DNA from: Pseudomonadota bacterium
GTDB taxonomy: Bacteria > UBA10199 > 2-02-FULL-44-16 > JAAZCA01
Reading direction: 5' to 3'
Assembly (NCBI GenBank): GCA_043798915.1
Contig: JAZDOG010000077.1
Location: 1-34,985, forward strand
DNA: 34,985 nucleotides
In this document: positions 7,966 through 16,793 of the stretch, one piece after another
Position numbering within the stretch: position 1 is the first letter of the stretch
Layout of the letters: every line of letters begins with the position of its first letter
Notes under the pieces: model-generated
Database searches by the model: none
What the model was told of the DNA's origin: nothing
What the model saw: only the letters and a program-made list of their open reading frames with translations
Made by a program: the position numbers and the translations under genes

Positions 7966-9708
7966 ATGAAACAGGAACTCGAAAAGCGAATCAGCGGCAT
8001 CGCCGGCCGGTATCCCCGCAAGAGGTCGGCAATCCTGTCCGCCCTGGATATTATGCAGAGGGAGGGCGGCGGGAGCCTCTCCTCCGACGCGATCAAAGAG
8101 ACGGCGAGCGCCTTCGGCATCTCCGTCGGCGAGGCCTATGGAATCGCGTCATATTATTCGATGTATAATACGAAGCCGGTGGGAAAGTACCATGTTCAGG
8201 TGGACACATGCGTGCCGGCCTTTTTGAGCGGCGCCGGCGAGATACTGAGTCATCTGCAGGGCGCCTTCGGCATCCTGCCCGGGGAGACGACAAAGGACGG
8301 CATGTTCACCTTGTCGGAGGTGCAGGACCTGGCTTCATGCGGGACATTGCCCGTCATTCAGGTGAACGATGTTTATTATGAAAATCTGACTGTCGAGAAG
8401 GCGGATGAGCTCATCGCCGTCCTCAAGACCGGAAAGATGCCCAGGCCGGATCAGAGTTCGAATTTCGGCACTGTCTGCAACATCCTTCTGAAAAATCGCG
8501 GGGAGCCCAGGGCGACCGATATCGCCGTTTACAAAAAGGGCGGCGGCTATGCGGCGCTGGCCAAGGCCCTCAAAATGCAGCCGGCTGCCATAGTGCAGGG
8601 GGTGAAGGAAGCGATGCTGCGCGGCAGGGGCGGGGCCGGATTCTCCGCTGGAACGAAATGGAGCTTTCTTTCCAAAGGCGATGCTCGGCCCGTGTATCTA
8701 ATATGCAATGCAGACGAGGGCGAGCCCGGCACATTCAAGGACCGGCAGATCATGCAGTACGATCCTCACCTGCTCGTCGAGGGCATCGCCATCTCGGCGC
8801 ATGCGATCGGCGCCAGGAAGGCCTTCATCTACATACGCGGAGAATTCCGCTGGATCTCGGAGATACTGGAAAAGGCCGTCGAACAGGCAATGGTTGATGG
8901 ACAGCTCAAGCACGTGGAGATCGTGGTGCACAGGGGCGCAGGCTCCTATGTCTGCGGCGACGAGACGGCGCTCATCGAATCGCTGGAGGGCAAGCGGGGC
9001 AATCCGCGCGTGAAGCCGCCGTTCCCGGCCAATATCGGGTTGTACGGCTGCCCCACCATCGTCAACAACGTGGAGACGCTCTCATGCGTCCCCTTCATAG
9101 CGCAAAACGGGCCGGGGGCGTTCAAGGCGATCGGCACGGCGGGCAATTTTGGGCCGAAGCTCTACGGCGTCTGCGGCGATGTCCAGAAGCCGGGCGTGTA
9201 TGAGTACCCCATGGGCACCCGGCTCGAGACGATCCTGGAGGCCGCGGGCGGCGTGAAGGGGAGGCTGAAGGCGGTGATCGTTGGCGGGCTCTCCGTGCCG
9301 ATCCTCAAGGCGGAGGAGTGCAGGGGGCTTGCGCTGGACTTCGACTCCTGCCTGAAGGCGGGCACGATGCTCGGCTCCGGCGGCATCATCGTCATAAACG
9401 ACACCGTCTCCATTCCGGACCTGGCGCTGCGCACGATCAAGTTCTATGCCCACGAGTCATGCGGGCAGTGCGTGCCATGCTGGAGCGGTTCGCATGCGAT
9501 CGAGCGCCTGCTCCACGGGATTGTGCACGGCAGCGGCGCGGCAGCGAATATCGACCTCATCCTCGATCTGTGCAGGACGATCAAGGGTTCGACGATCTGT
9601 CCTATGGGCGATGCGTTCTCCATCCCTGTCGAAGCGATGGTGAAGAAGTTCAGAGATGAATTTGATGCGCTGGTCCGCCGCTCGGAGGGGGGTGCTGCAC
9701 ATGGATAA
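7966..9708 (+). CDS. NuoE-NuoF fusion (FMN/NADH-binding diaphorase), likely partner of the FDH
   Basis: AGGAG RBS and ATG 7966. N-terminal NuoE-like domain, then RGRGGAGF, CNADEGEPGTFKD, GSYVCGDETAL, NNVET and HESCGQCVPC...C. Confidence 0.92.
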   Translation: MKQELEKRISGIAGRYPRKRSAILSALDIMQREGGGSLSSDAIKETASAFGISVGEAYGIASYYSMYNTKPVGKYHVQVDTCVPAFLSGAGEILSHLQGAFGILPGETTKDGMFTLSEVQDLASCGTLPVIQVNDVYYENLTVEKADELIAVLKTGKMPRPDQSSNFGTVCNILLKNRGEPRATDIAVYKKGGGYAALAKALKMQPAAIVQGVKEAMLRGRGGAGFSAGTKWSFLSKGDARPVYLICNADEGEPGTFKDRQIMQYDPHLLVEGIAISAHAIGARKAFIYIRGEFRWISEILEKAVEQAMVDGQLKHVEIVVHRGAGSYVCGDETALIESLEGKRGNPRVKPPFPANIGLYGCPTIVNNVETLSCVPFIAQNGPGAFKAIGTAGNFGPKLYGVCGDVQKPGVYEYPMGTRLETILEAAGGVKGRLKAVIVGGLSVPILKAEECRGLALDFDSCLKAGTMLGSGGIIVINDTVSIPDLALRTIKFYAHESCGQCVPCWSGSHAIERLLHGIVHGSGAAANIDLILDLCRTIKGSTICPMGDAFSIPVEAMVKKFRDEFDALVRRSEGGAAHG

Positions 9709-10162
9709 GATAGAACTGAATCAGCTGTTCTCGGTTGCGATCCAGCGGGAGGTAGAATCGCATGAGTTTTACCTTCAGGTGGCCGGGCGGGTTGAAAATC
9801 CGAATGTGAAGGAGGTGTTCAACCGGCTTGCCCAGGACGAACTCGGGCATAAAGAGCTGCTGGAAAGGTTCAAGAGCGATCCCACCCTCGTCATGAAGTT
9901 CAATGGAACTCCTCTCGTCGATTTCAAGATAGCGGAATCATCCGGGTTGCCCCGCCTGTCGATCGATATGAAGCCAGCCGATGCCATAGCGCTTGCCATC
10001 AAGAAGGAACAGCAGGCGATGGAATTCTATCTGGGCCTGGTTCGAAAGGCGGGCGATCCGGAGATGAAAAAGATATTTGAGAGCCTCTCCAAAATGGAGC
10101 TGGGCCACAAGGTCAAACTCGAGAACGCGTTCGTCGAAATCGGCTATCCGGAAGTATTCTAG
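9701..10162 (+). CDS. Ferritin-like/rubrerythrin-family di-iron protein
   Basis: Two E..(FY)...ELGH di-iron repeats. GGAGG RBS; ATG overlaps the nuoEF end. Confidence 0.88.
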   Translation: MDKIELNQLFSVAIQREVESHEFYLQVAGRVENPNVKEVFNRLAQDELGHKELLERFKSDPTLVMKFNGTPLVDFKIAESSGLPRLSIDMKPADAIALAIKKEQQAMEFYLGLVRKAGDPEMKKIFESLSKMELGHKVKLENAFVEIGYPEVF

Positions 10163-10167
10163 CCGAT

Positions 10168-10259
10168 AGAAAGGATGGGACTGGTGTCCCATCTGGCCTT
10201 CAAAGCCAGCAGCGGGCGGATAACACCGTCTGTGGCAGGTTCGATTCCTGCCCTTTCTG
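10168..10259 (+). tRNA. selC: tRNA-Sec (anticodon UCA), 7/5 fold, CCA not encoded
   Basis: Acceptor AGAAAGG/CCTTTCT with G discriminator. D arm TGGGAC-TGGT-GTCCCA (6 bp stem, 4 nt loop). Anticodon arm CTGGC-CTTCAAA-GCCAG. Long variable arm GCGGGCGG/CCGTCTGT. T arm GCAGG-TTCGATT-CCTGC. Confidence 0.96.
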
Positions 10260-10261
10260 CA

Positions 10262-11650
10262 ATGCGCCTCCCTGCGGTCGGCAGGATCATCACGCGTCCG
10301 ATGCTCATCCCGATGGTTGAGCGATACGGGCATGCATTCGTGGCGAAAGCCATCCGCGACGAAATCGGATATCTTTGTTCAGATGCCGGCGTGGATGTTT
10401 CCGATATCGAACTCATCTGCCGGCGCGTCGCCGCTCGAATCGAGAGCCTTGCCGCGCCATCCATCGTTCGCGTCCTGAATGCCACCGGCGTCGTCCTGCA
10501 TACGAATCTTGGCCGGGCGCCGCTTGGCAGATCCACGGCCGAACGAATCGCCGAGATCGCGGCTGGGTACAGCAATCTGGAGTTCGACCTCAATCGCGGA
10601 AGGCGGGGAGACAGGCAGGCGCGCTTGAGGGAGCTTCTGAGCATCATCACCGGCGCCGAGGATTCGCTTGCAGTGAACAACAATGCGGCCGCGGTGCTGC
10701 TCGTGCTCAAACGGCTGGCGGCGCGAAAGGAAGTCATCGTCAGCCGCGGCGAGCTCATCGAGATAGGCGATTCCTTCCGCCTCCCCGAGATCATGCGGGA
10801 GAGCGGCGCGAAGCTGGTGGAGGTGGGCACCACCAATCGCACTCGGATTTCGGATTACGAGCGCGCGATCAGCGACAGGACCGCGATCCTCTTCAAGGTG
10901 CACCACAGCAATTTCCGGATGGAGGGCTTTGTCGAGGATGCGCCGATCGGCAGCCTCTCGAAACTCGCGCGCGAGCGCGGGCTGATCGCTGTCTATGACT
11001 TGGGCTCCGGCCTGCTCGCGCGCCCGGAGGGGCTGCCGCTCAAGGACGAGCCCACGGTGCGCGATGCGATCGAGGCCGGAGCGGATCTCGTCACCTTCAG
11101 CGGCGACAAGCTGCTCGGGGGCGCGCAGGCCGGGCTCATCGCGGGCCGCAGGGAGCTCGTTGCCAAGCTTGCAAAATCCCCTCTCATGCGGGCGCTGAGG
11201 CCGGGCAAACTCACGATGGTTGCGATCGAGGACCTGGCCCTGCAATACCTCGATGGAGCGAGGCTGCTTCAGGAAAATCCTGTATTCAGAATGATCGGCC
11301 GCGGCGCAGATGATCTTCGCGCCGTTGCGGAGTCCTTCGCCGCGCGCCTGCAGAAAGCAGATATCGCAGTGCGGATAGTCGAGAGCGACGGGCAGGTCGG
11401 CGGCGGCGCGCTGCCCGGCACGTTGCTCCCGGGCTGGGCCGTGGAGATCGAGCCGCCTGTCGATGGAACGCGCGCGGCAAAGCGTTACGCCGAAGCGCTC
11501 TTTGCAGCGCTTCTCAAGGCCAAGCCTCCGGTCCTGGGCATTCTGCGCGAGGGGAGATTCATGCTGGATGTGCGCACGCTCGATGGGGAAGATATTGAGA
11601 TCGCTGCCAGCGCAGCCATTGCGGCTGTGCGAGTTGTTTCAGAACCCTGA
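10262..11650 (+). CDS. selA: L-seryl-tRNA(Sec) selenium transferase (start uncertain; frame is open from ATG 10175)
   Basis: NATGVVLHTNLGRA, YSNLEFDL, VNNNAAAV, SRGELIEIG, EVGTTNRT and FSGDKLLGG (PLP lysine). Confidence 0.96.
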   Translation: MRLPAVGRIITRPMLIPMVERYGHAFVAKAIRDEIGYLCSDAGVDVSDIELICRRVAARIESLAAPSIVRVLNATGVVLHTNLGRAPLGRSTAERIAEIAAGYSNLEFDLNRGRRGDRQARLRELLSIITGAEDSLAVNNNAAAVLLVLKRLAARKEVIVSRGELIEIGDSFRLPEIMRESGAKLVEVGTTNRTRISDYERAISDRTAILFKVHHSNFRMEGFVEDAPIGSLSKLARERGLIAVYDLGSGLLARPEGLPLKDEPTVRDAIEAGADLVTFSGDKLLGGAQAGLIAGRRELVAKLAKSPLMRALRPGKLTMVAIEDLALQYLDGARLLQENPVFRMIGRGADDLRAVAESFAARLQKADIAVRIVESDGQVGGGALPGTLLPGWAVEIEPPVDGTRAAKRYAEALFAALLKAKPPVLGILREGRFMLDVRTLDGEDIEIAASAAIAAVRVVSEP

Positions 11651-13621
11651 AGCGCTCTGTGCGAGCCTCGCCGTGCCCGCCTGAGTGATAAAGCGAAAAT
11701 CCCCTTCGCGGCGCGTGAGACCTTCCCGGTCGTAGAGGCCGATCAGAAGCAGGCATATCCTGCGATTGCCGTTCACGATATCCCGGAATTGCGCGACCGT
11801 GGTCCCATCTTTGTTCCGATGGAGATGTTCGAGCAGCCGCATGCGGCAGCGATCCACCGTCTCTCTCCAGACATAGACATCCTCGATGGGCACGATCTCG
11901 CCGTTTTCCGCAAGATGTTTGAGGAGTATCTTTGAATCCTTTGCGCCGATCTTGAATTGTTTTTCAACTTCGGATTCGAGATCGGAGAGAGAGGCCACGT
12001 TCATCCTGGCTTCCGAGAATCTTTTTCGAAGATGCGAGAGCGAGGCCTCCTGCGCCCGGGTCGGAGCCGGTTTGAAACCCGCCAGCAGCCAGCCGCCGGA
12101 TGCCGAGCGGACGATCTTCCCGGCATCGGACATCATCTGCAAGAGCCCCTCCGTGATGATCGCGCCGTGTTCCTTTGCGCCGACGCCCAGTCTTGCCGCA
12201 AAGCTCGCGGCGTCCAGCCCCTTTGAGCTCAAGGGATATTGATGATGGCGCTCGACCAGGGCCCGCCGCACGATGCGCCACATGCGCTCCTGCGTTGTCG
12301 CGGAGAGCAGTGCTCCTCCCGCAGCGGTTGTGATGGAAATGATGTCGGCCTCGATGTCTCCCTCTTCGATCGCCGCCGCGATGTCATCGCTCTTCCTGCC
12401 CAGCGCCTGCGCCAATTCCGCGATGCCCACAAACGTGATGTGCTTTCGCACCTCGGATGCGATTTGCTCTTTGAGCCCGCCCTCAGCCCTGCTTCGCACC
12501 TGCTCGATGAGTTCTGCGGTCCTCCGGCGATGGTGAAGCGGTGCGGGATCGATCACGCGGCCGCCGCCGAGCGTGCGATCCGCCGAGCAGCTGCGGAGTA
12601 TGAAGCGATCGCCTGTCTGCAGCGTCGGCGGCCGTTCGAGTTCGATCTGGGCCAGGACCTTTTCGCCTGAGCGCGCCAGGTCGCGATCGAGAAGATGTAT
12701 CCGACAGATGCTTTCATGAGTTCCGGCATAGAAGAGAGCCTTGCTGTATAGCTTGAGCTGGGCCCTGGGATCGATGAGCCTCAACTCGGCATCGACGCGC
12801 GGCGTGGCATCGAGCAGCCGATCTGCGAGGAGCATCCCTTTCTCGAATTCGCTGCACGCGAACCCCGCGAGGTTGAGCGATGCCCTGTCCCCGGCGACGA
12901 CCTCCTGAACTTCCTTTCCGTGGTTCTCTATCCGGCGCACGCGGACTTCGATGCCCTTGGGCGCGACGTAGAGAGTGTCCCCGCTTCGTATCCTGCCGCC
13001 CATGACCGAACCGGTCACCACAGTCCCGAAGCCGGCCACGGAAAACGCCCGATCGATGTACATGCGAAAAGTTCCGCTGCATTCCCTTTCCGGAAGCCTC
13101 GCGACGACGCCCTCGATGGCCTTGATCAACTCGCCGATGCCTGCGCCCGTCAAGGCGCTGACCGGTATGATCTCGGCGTCCTTCAAGAAAGTTCCGGACA
13201 ACGCCTCGCGCGTTTCCTCCACTGCCATGCCGACGAGATCGCCGCCCGCAAGATCGGACTTCGTGATGGCAACCAGCCCGTCAGCTACGCCGAGATTTTC
13301 AAGTATCGCTATGTGTTCCGTCGTCTGGGGCATCACCCCGTCGTCGGCTGCGACGGTGAGCAGGGCGAAATCCACGGAGCATGCGCCCGCCAGCATGTTG
13401 TGAATGAAGCGCTGATGGCCCGGCACATCGACGATGCCGATGCGCTGCGGTCCCGCGCTGCCGTCATCCGGCAGGTCGAGATGCGCAAAGCCCGGGTTGA
13501 TGGTGATGCCGCGCTCCTTCTCCTCCGGGTGGGTGTCGCAGTCGATGCCGGTGAGCGCCTTTATGAGAGTGGTCTTGCCATGATCCACGTGGCCGGCTGT
13601 GCCCATGATAAGATGTTTCAT
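11639..13621 (-). CDS. selB: Selenocysteine-specific elongation factor
   Basis: MKHLIMGTAGHVDHGKT, EEKERGITI, DVPGH, TKSD and C-terminal winged-helix region (D..GLTRR.GD.R). GGGAG RBS before ATG 13621. Confidence 0.96.
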   Translation of the reverse strand: MKHLIMGTAGHVDHGKTTLIKALTGIDCDTHPEEKERGITINPGFAHLDLPDDGSAGPQRIGIVDVPGHQRFIHNMLAGACSVDFALLTVAADDGVMPQTTEHIAILENLGVADGLVAITKSDLAGGDLVGMAVEETREALSGTFLKDAEIIPVSALTGAGIGELIKAIEGVVARLPERECSGTFRMYIDRAFSVAGFGTVVTGSVMGGRIRSGDTLYVAPKGIEVRVRRIENHGKEVQEVVAGDRASLNLAGFACSEFEKGMLLADRLLDATPRVDAELRLIDPRAQLKLYSKALFYAGTHESICRIHLLDRDLARSGEKVLAQIELERPPTLQTGDRFILRSCSADRTLGGGRVIDPAPLHHRRRTAELIEQVRSRAEGGLKEQIASEVRKHITFVGIAELAQALGRKSDDIAAAIEEGDIEADIISITTAAGGALLSATTQERMWRIVRRALVERHHQYPLSSKGLDAASFAARLGVGAKEHGAIITEGLLQMMSDAGKIVRSASGGWLLAGFKPAPTRAQEASLSHLRKRFSEARMNVASLSDLESEVEKQFKIGAKDSKILLKHLAENGEIVPIEDVYVWRETVDRCRMRLLEHLHRNKDGTTVAQFRDIVNGNRRICLLLIGLYDREGLTRREGDFRFITQAGTARLAQSASGF

Positions 13622-13661
13622 CAGCGATCGCTCCCGGCAAAGGTTGATAAAATGGAGCTTC

Positions 13662-13733
13662 GCTCTAGCAGAGGCCGTGAACAGGGTCAACCCCCACGAA
13701 TGCCCTTGACGATCTTCGCGCAATCCGTATATT
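13662..13733. promoter_or_regulatory. Back-to-back sigma70-like promoters for selB (-) and fdh (+)
   Basis: Plus strand: TTGACG (13706-13711)-N16-TATATT. Minus strand: TTGACC (13690-13685)-N17-TAGAGC, with TG one base upstream of the -10. Confidence 0.4.
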
Positions 13734-13785
13734 TCGGCGCTGATCTATATTTCCCGATAATCGCTGAAGATGCGGAGGGTGCTCC

Positions 13786-16524
13786 ATGGCGATGAAGATG
13801 ACCATCGATGGGCAGGACGTCGCTTTCAATGAAGGCCAGACGGTTCTGCAGGCGGCGCGTGACAACGGGATATACATTCCCTCGCTCTGCTATCACCGCA
13901 AGACGGGCGCGGCAGGCCGCTGCAGGGTCTGCGTCGTAGAGATCAAGGGCATGCGCGGCCTGCAGACTGCATGCACGGTGATCGCCGGCGACGGCATGGG
14001 CGTGCTGACGGACACGCAGCTGGTGCAGGATACGCGCCGCATGGTCGTGAATCTGCTTCTCTCCAGCGGCCAGCACAATTGCATCTCCTGCGAGCAGAAT
14101 GCGGGCTGCGAGCTCCAGGATGCCGCTTATCATCTGGGCATCGAGACGCCGGCCTTCGTAATCGATGAGCCGCAGCCTGCCAGGGACGACTCCAGCGAGA
14201 TGGTCGTCCGCGACATGCGCAAGTGCATTCAGTGCGGCCGATGCGTCGCGGGCTGCAAATCGGTCGTGGTCAACGAGGTCCTGGAATTCGAGCAGCGGGG
14301 GGCGAGCGCCAGGGTCGTCTGCGACTTTGACCTCCCGATGGCGGAATCCACCTGCGTGCAGTGCGGCGAATGTTCGCAGCTTTGCCCGGTCGGCGCAATC
14401 ATCGACAAGAAGTCGGTGGGCATGGGCAGGCCGTGGGAATTGAAGGCCATGAACACGACGTGCCCCTACTGCGGCGTCGGCTGCCAGCTCACGCTGCACG
14501 TGGATGAGGCAAAGAACCGGATCGTAAAGTCGACGGGCCGCGAGGTCCTGCCCAACGACGGCATGCTCTGCGTCAAGGGCCGCTATGGCTTCGAGTTTCC
14601 GTCGAGCCCGAAGCGCCTTGCGCATCCGATGATCAAGAAGAACGGCAAGCACGAGCGCGTCTCGTGGGACGAGGCGCTCGACCACACGGCGGGCCGCATC
14701 AAGGAGATAGTGGCCCGCGACGGGCCGGACGTGTTCTCTGCCTTCGGCTCGGGCCGCATCACGAACGAGAACAACTACGCTATCGCCAAATTCGCGCGCG
14801 CGGTGATCAAGACGAACAACGTCGATCACTGCGCTCGAACTTGACACGCCCCCACCGTCGCCGGTCTGGCGGCAAGCTTCGGAAGCGGTGCGATGACGAA
14901 CTCGATCCGGGAGATTGAGGACGCCCACGTGCTCTTCGTCATCGGGTCGAACACCACAGAGGCGCACCCGATCATCTCCTACTACATGAAGCGCGCGGTG
15001 AAGAAGGGCGCGACGCTCATAGTCAACGACCCGCGCAGGATCGACCTCACGCGCTGGGCCACTCTGCACATTCAGCACAAGGTCGGCACCGACGTCGCCT
15101 ACATCAACGGCCTCATCAACGAGATATTCAAGAACGGATGGGCGGATGAGGAGTTCCTCAAAAATTGCACCGAAAACCCTGACGACATCCGCAAATGGGT
15201 GGAAGGCTATCCGGTCGAGAAGGCCTCCGATATCTGCGGCGTGCCTGTGGAGGCTATGAAGAAGGTCGCGCGGATACTGGGCGAATCCAGGAGCGTCTCC
15301 ATCTGCTATACCCTGGGTATCACCGAGCACATCTGCGGCACGGACAATGTGAAGGCGCTGGCAAACCTGCAGATGGTGCTCGGCAACATCGGCATACCTT
15401 CGGCCGGGGTGAACCCGCTTCGCGGCCAGAACAACGTGCAGGGCGCGTGCGACATGGGCGCGCTGCCCAACGTCCATCACAATTATCAGCCCGTGGATAA
15501 CCCGCAGGTCGCGGAGAAGATGGAGAAGGCCTGGGGAGTCACGGGCCTCTCGCTGAAGCCCGGCTACAAGATGCCCACGATGCTGCGCAAGGCGCGGGAT
15601 GGCGGCACCAGGATACTCTACTGCGTCGGCGACAACACGGTGCAGACCGAGCCGAACATGGCGCACACGATCAAGGAGCTCGAGGCCCTGGAGTTCTTCG
15701 TCGTCTGCGACATCTTCCCCACGATCACCACGCAGTACGCGGACGTCATCTTCCCCGACACCTCCTGGGGCGAGGAGGACGGCACGTTCACCAACACCGA
15801 GCGCCGCGTCCAGCGCGTGCGCCGTGCGCTGACGCCGCCGGGCGAGGCGCGTTCTCACTGGTGGGTCATGCAGGAGCTGGGAAAGCGCCTCGGCGTCGAT
15901 CTCGGCTTCACTTCGGCCGAGGCCATCTGGGAGGATATGCGCCGCACCGCCACGAGCTGTGCGGGTATCACCTATGATCGCATCGAGAAAATCGGGCTCC
16001 AGTGGCCCTGCCCCACGCTCGAACATCCGGGCACGCCGTTCCTCCATGTGTCCGGAAAGTTCACGCGTGGCAAGGGGCTCTTTCACAAGCTCGATCACAT
16101 ACCGCCCGCCGAGGTGCCGGACAAGGAGTACCCATTTGTCCTTTCGACCGGCCGCCGCCTCTATCACTACCACTCGGCCACGCAGACGCGGAACTCGGCC
16201 GGATTCGAGGGGCTTTTTCCGGAAGAGCTGCTCGAGCTGCATCCCGGCGATGCCAAAAAGCTCGGCATCAAGACGGGCGATATCGTGAAGGCGAAGAGCC
16301 GCCGGGGCGAGATCACGCTCAAGGCATGGGTCACCGAGCGCTCGGCGCCGGGCGTATGCTGGACGTCGTTCCACTTCGTCGAGGCATGCGGCAATGTGCT
16401 CACGAATGACGCGTTCGATACGGTCACGGAAACGGCCGAGTACAAGGCCTGCGCGATCAACGTCGAGAAGGTGTCCGATGGCGCGGCGCCCTTGATGCGC
16501 ATAGAGCGACAGGCGAGGCCATGA
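13786..16524 (+). CDS. fdhA: Selenocysteine-containing formate dehydrogenase alpha subunit (Mo/W-bisPGD) with NuoG-like Fe-S N-terminus, 912 aa
   Basis: ORFs 13786-14844 and 14893-16524 share one frame, joined through TGA 14842-14844 in NNVDHCART-U-HAPTVAGL. Also PLRGQNNVQGACDMG, CPYCGVGC, and [2Fe-2S] and [4Fe-4S] motifs. The selABCD genes are adjacent. Confidence 0.96.
14845..14880 (+). promoter_or_regulatory. Bacterial SECIS element
   Basis: Stem GTCGCC/GGCGGC with GGTCT apical loop starting 12 nt after the UGA. Same layout as the fdhF-type SECIS. Confidence 0.85.
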
Positions 16525-16536
16525 CGGAATTGCTTC

Positions 16537-16576
16537 CCCTCCCCTTTGTAAGGGGAGGGCTGGGGTGGGGTAGATC
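16537..16576 (+). repeat. REP-like element copy C
   Basis: CCCTCCCCTTTGTAAGGGGAGGGctgGGGTGGGGTAGATC, matching copies A, B and D. Confidence 0.88.
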
Positions 16577-16762
16577 ATGTTGCGCGAAGAGATCAAGCAT
16601 GCTGTCATCCGAGCCGCTGTTGAAACGGGCGGAAAGAAGCGGCTCTCCTGCGCGGATGCTCTCAGGCTCGCCGCAGAGCACGGCATCGCTCCGCAGGAGA
16701 TCGGCAGGATCTGTGACCAAGAGAACATCAAACTCCAGTCGTGCCAGCTCGGTTGCTTCTGA
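16577..16762 (+). CDS. Small Cys-containing hypothetical protein (LSC...IC...CQLGCF)
   Basis: 61 aa with natural composition and GC-ending codons; directly downstream of fdh. C-terminal CQLGCF motif recognised from uncharacterised anaerobe proteins. Confidence 0.7.
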   Translation: MLREEIKHAVIRAAVETGGKKRLSCADALRLAAEHGIAPQEIGRICDQENIKLQSCQLGCF

Positions 16763-16793
16763 AGGCCCGGGCAAGCTGACGCATATCCCGCAC

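Noticed and set aside
14842..14844. fdh as a pseudogene or two genes
   Set aside because: The TGA is at the catalytic Sec position, followed by a SECIS, with selABCD present.
13687..16731. 1014-aa minus-strand ORF
   Set aside because: Antisense shadow of the GC-rich fdh gene, with no recognisable motifs.
16760..16762. TGA after CQLGCF as a second Sec codon
   Set aside because: No convincing SECIS, and read-through is not in frame with mobA.
16521..16793. N-terminal extension of mobA given by the ORF track
   Set aside because: Ser/Arg-rich, derived from a repeat plus the alternate frame of the 61-aa gene. Kept only as a hypothesis in the findings.
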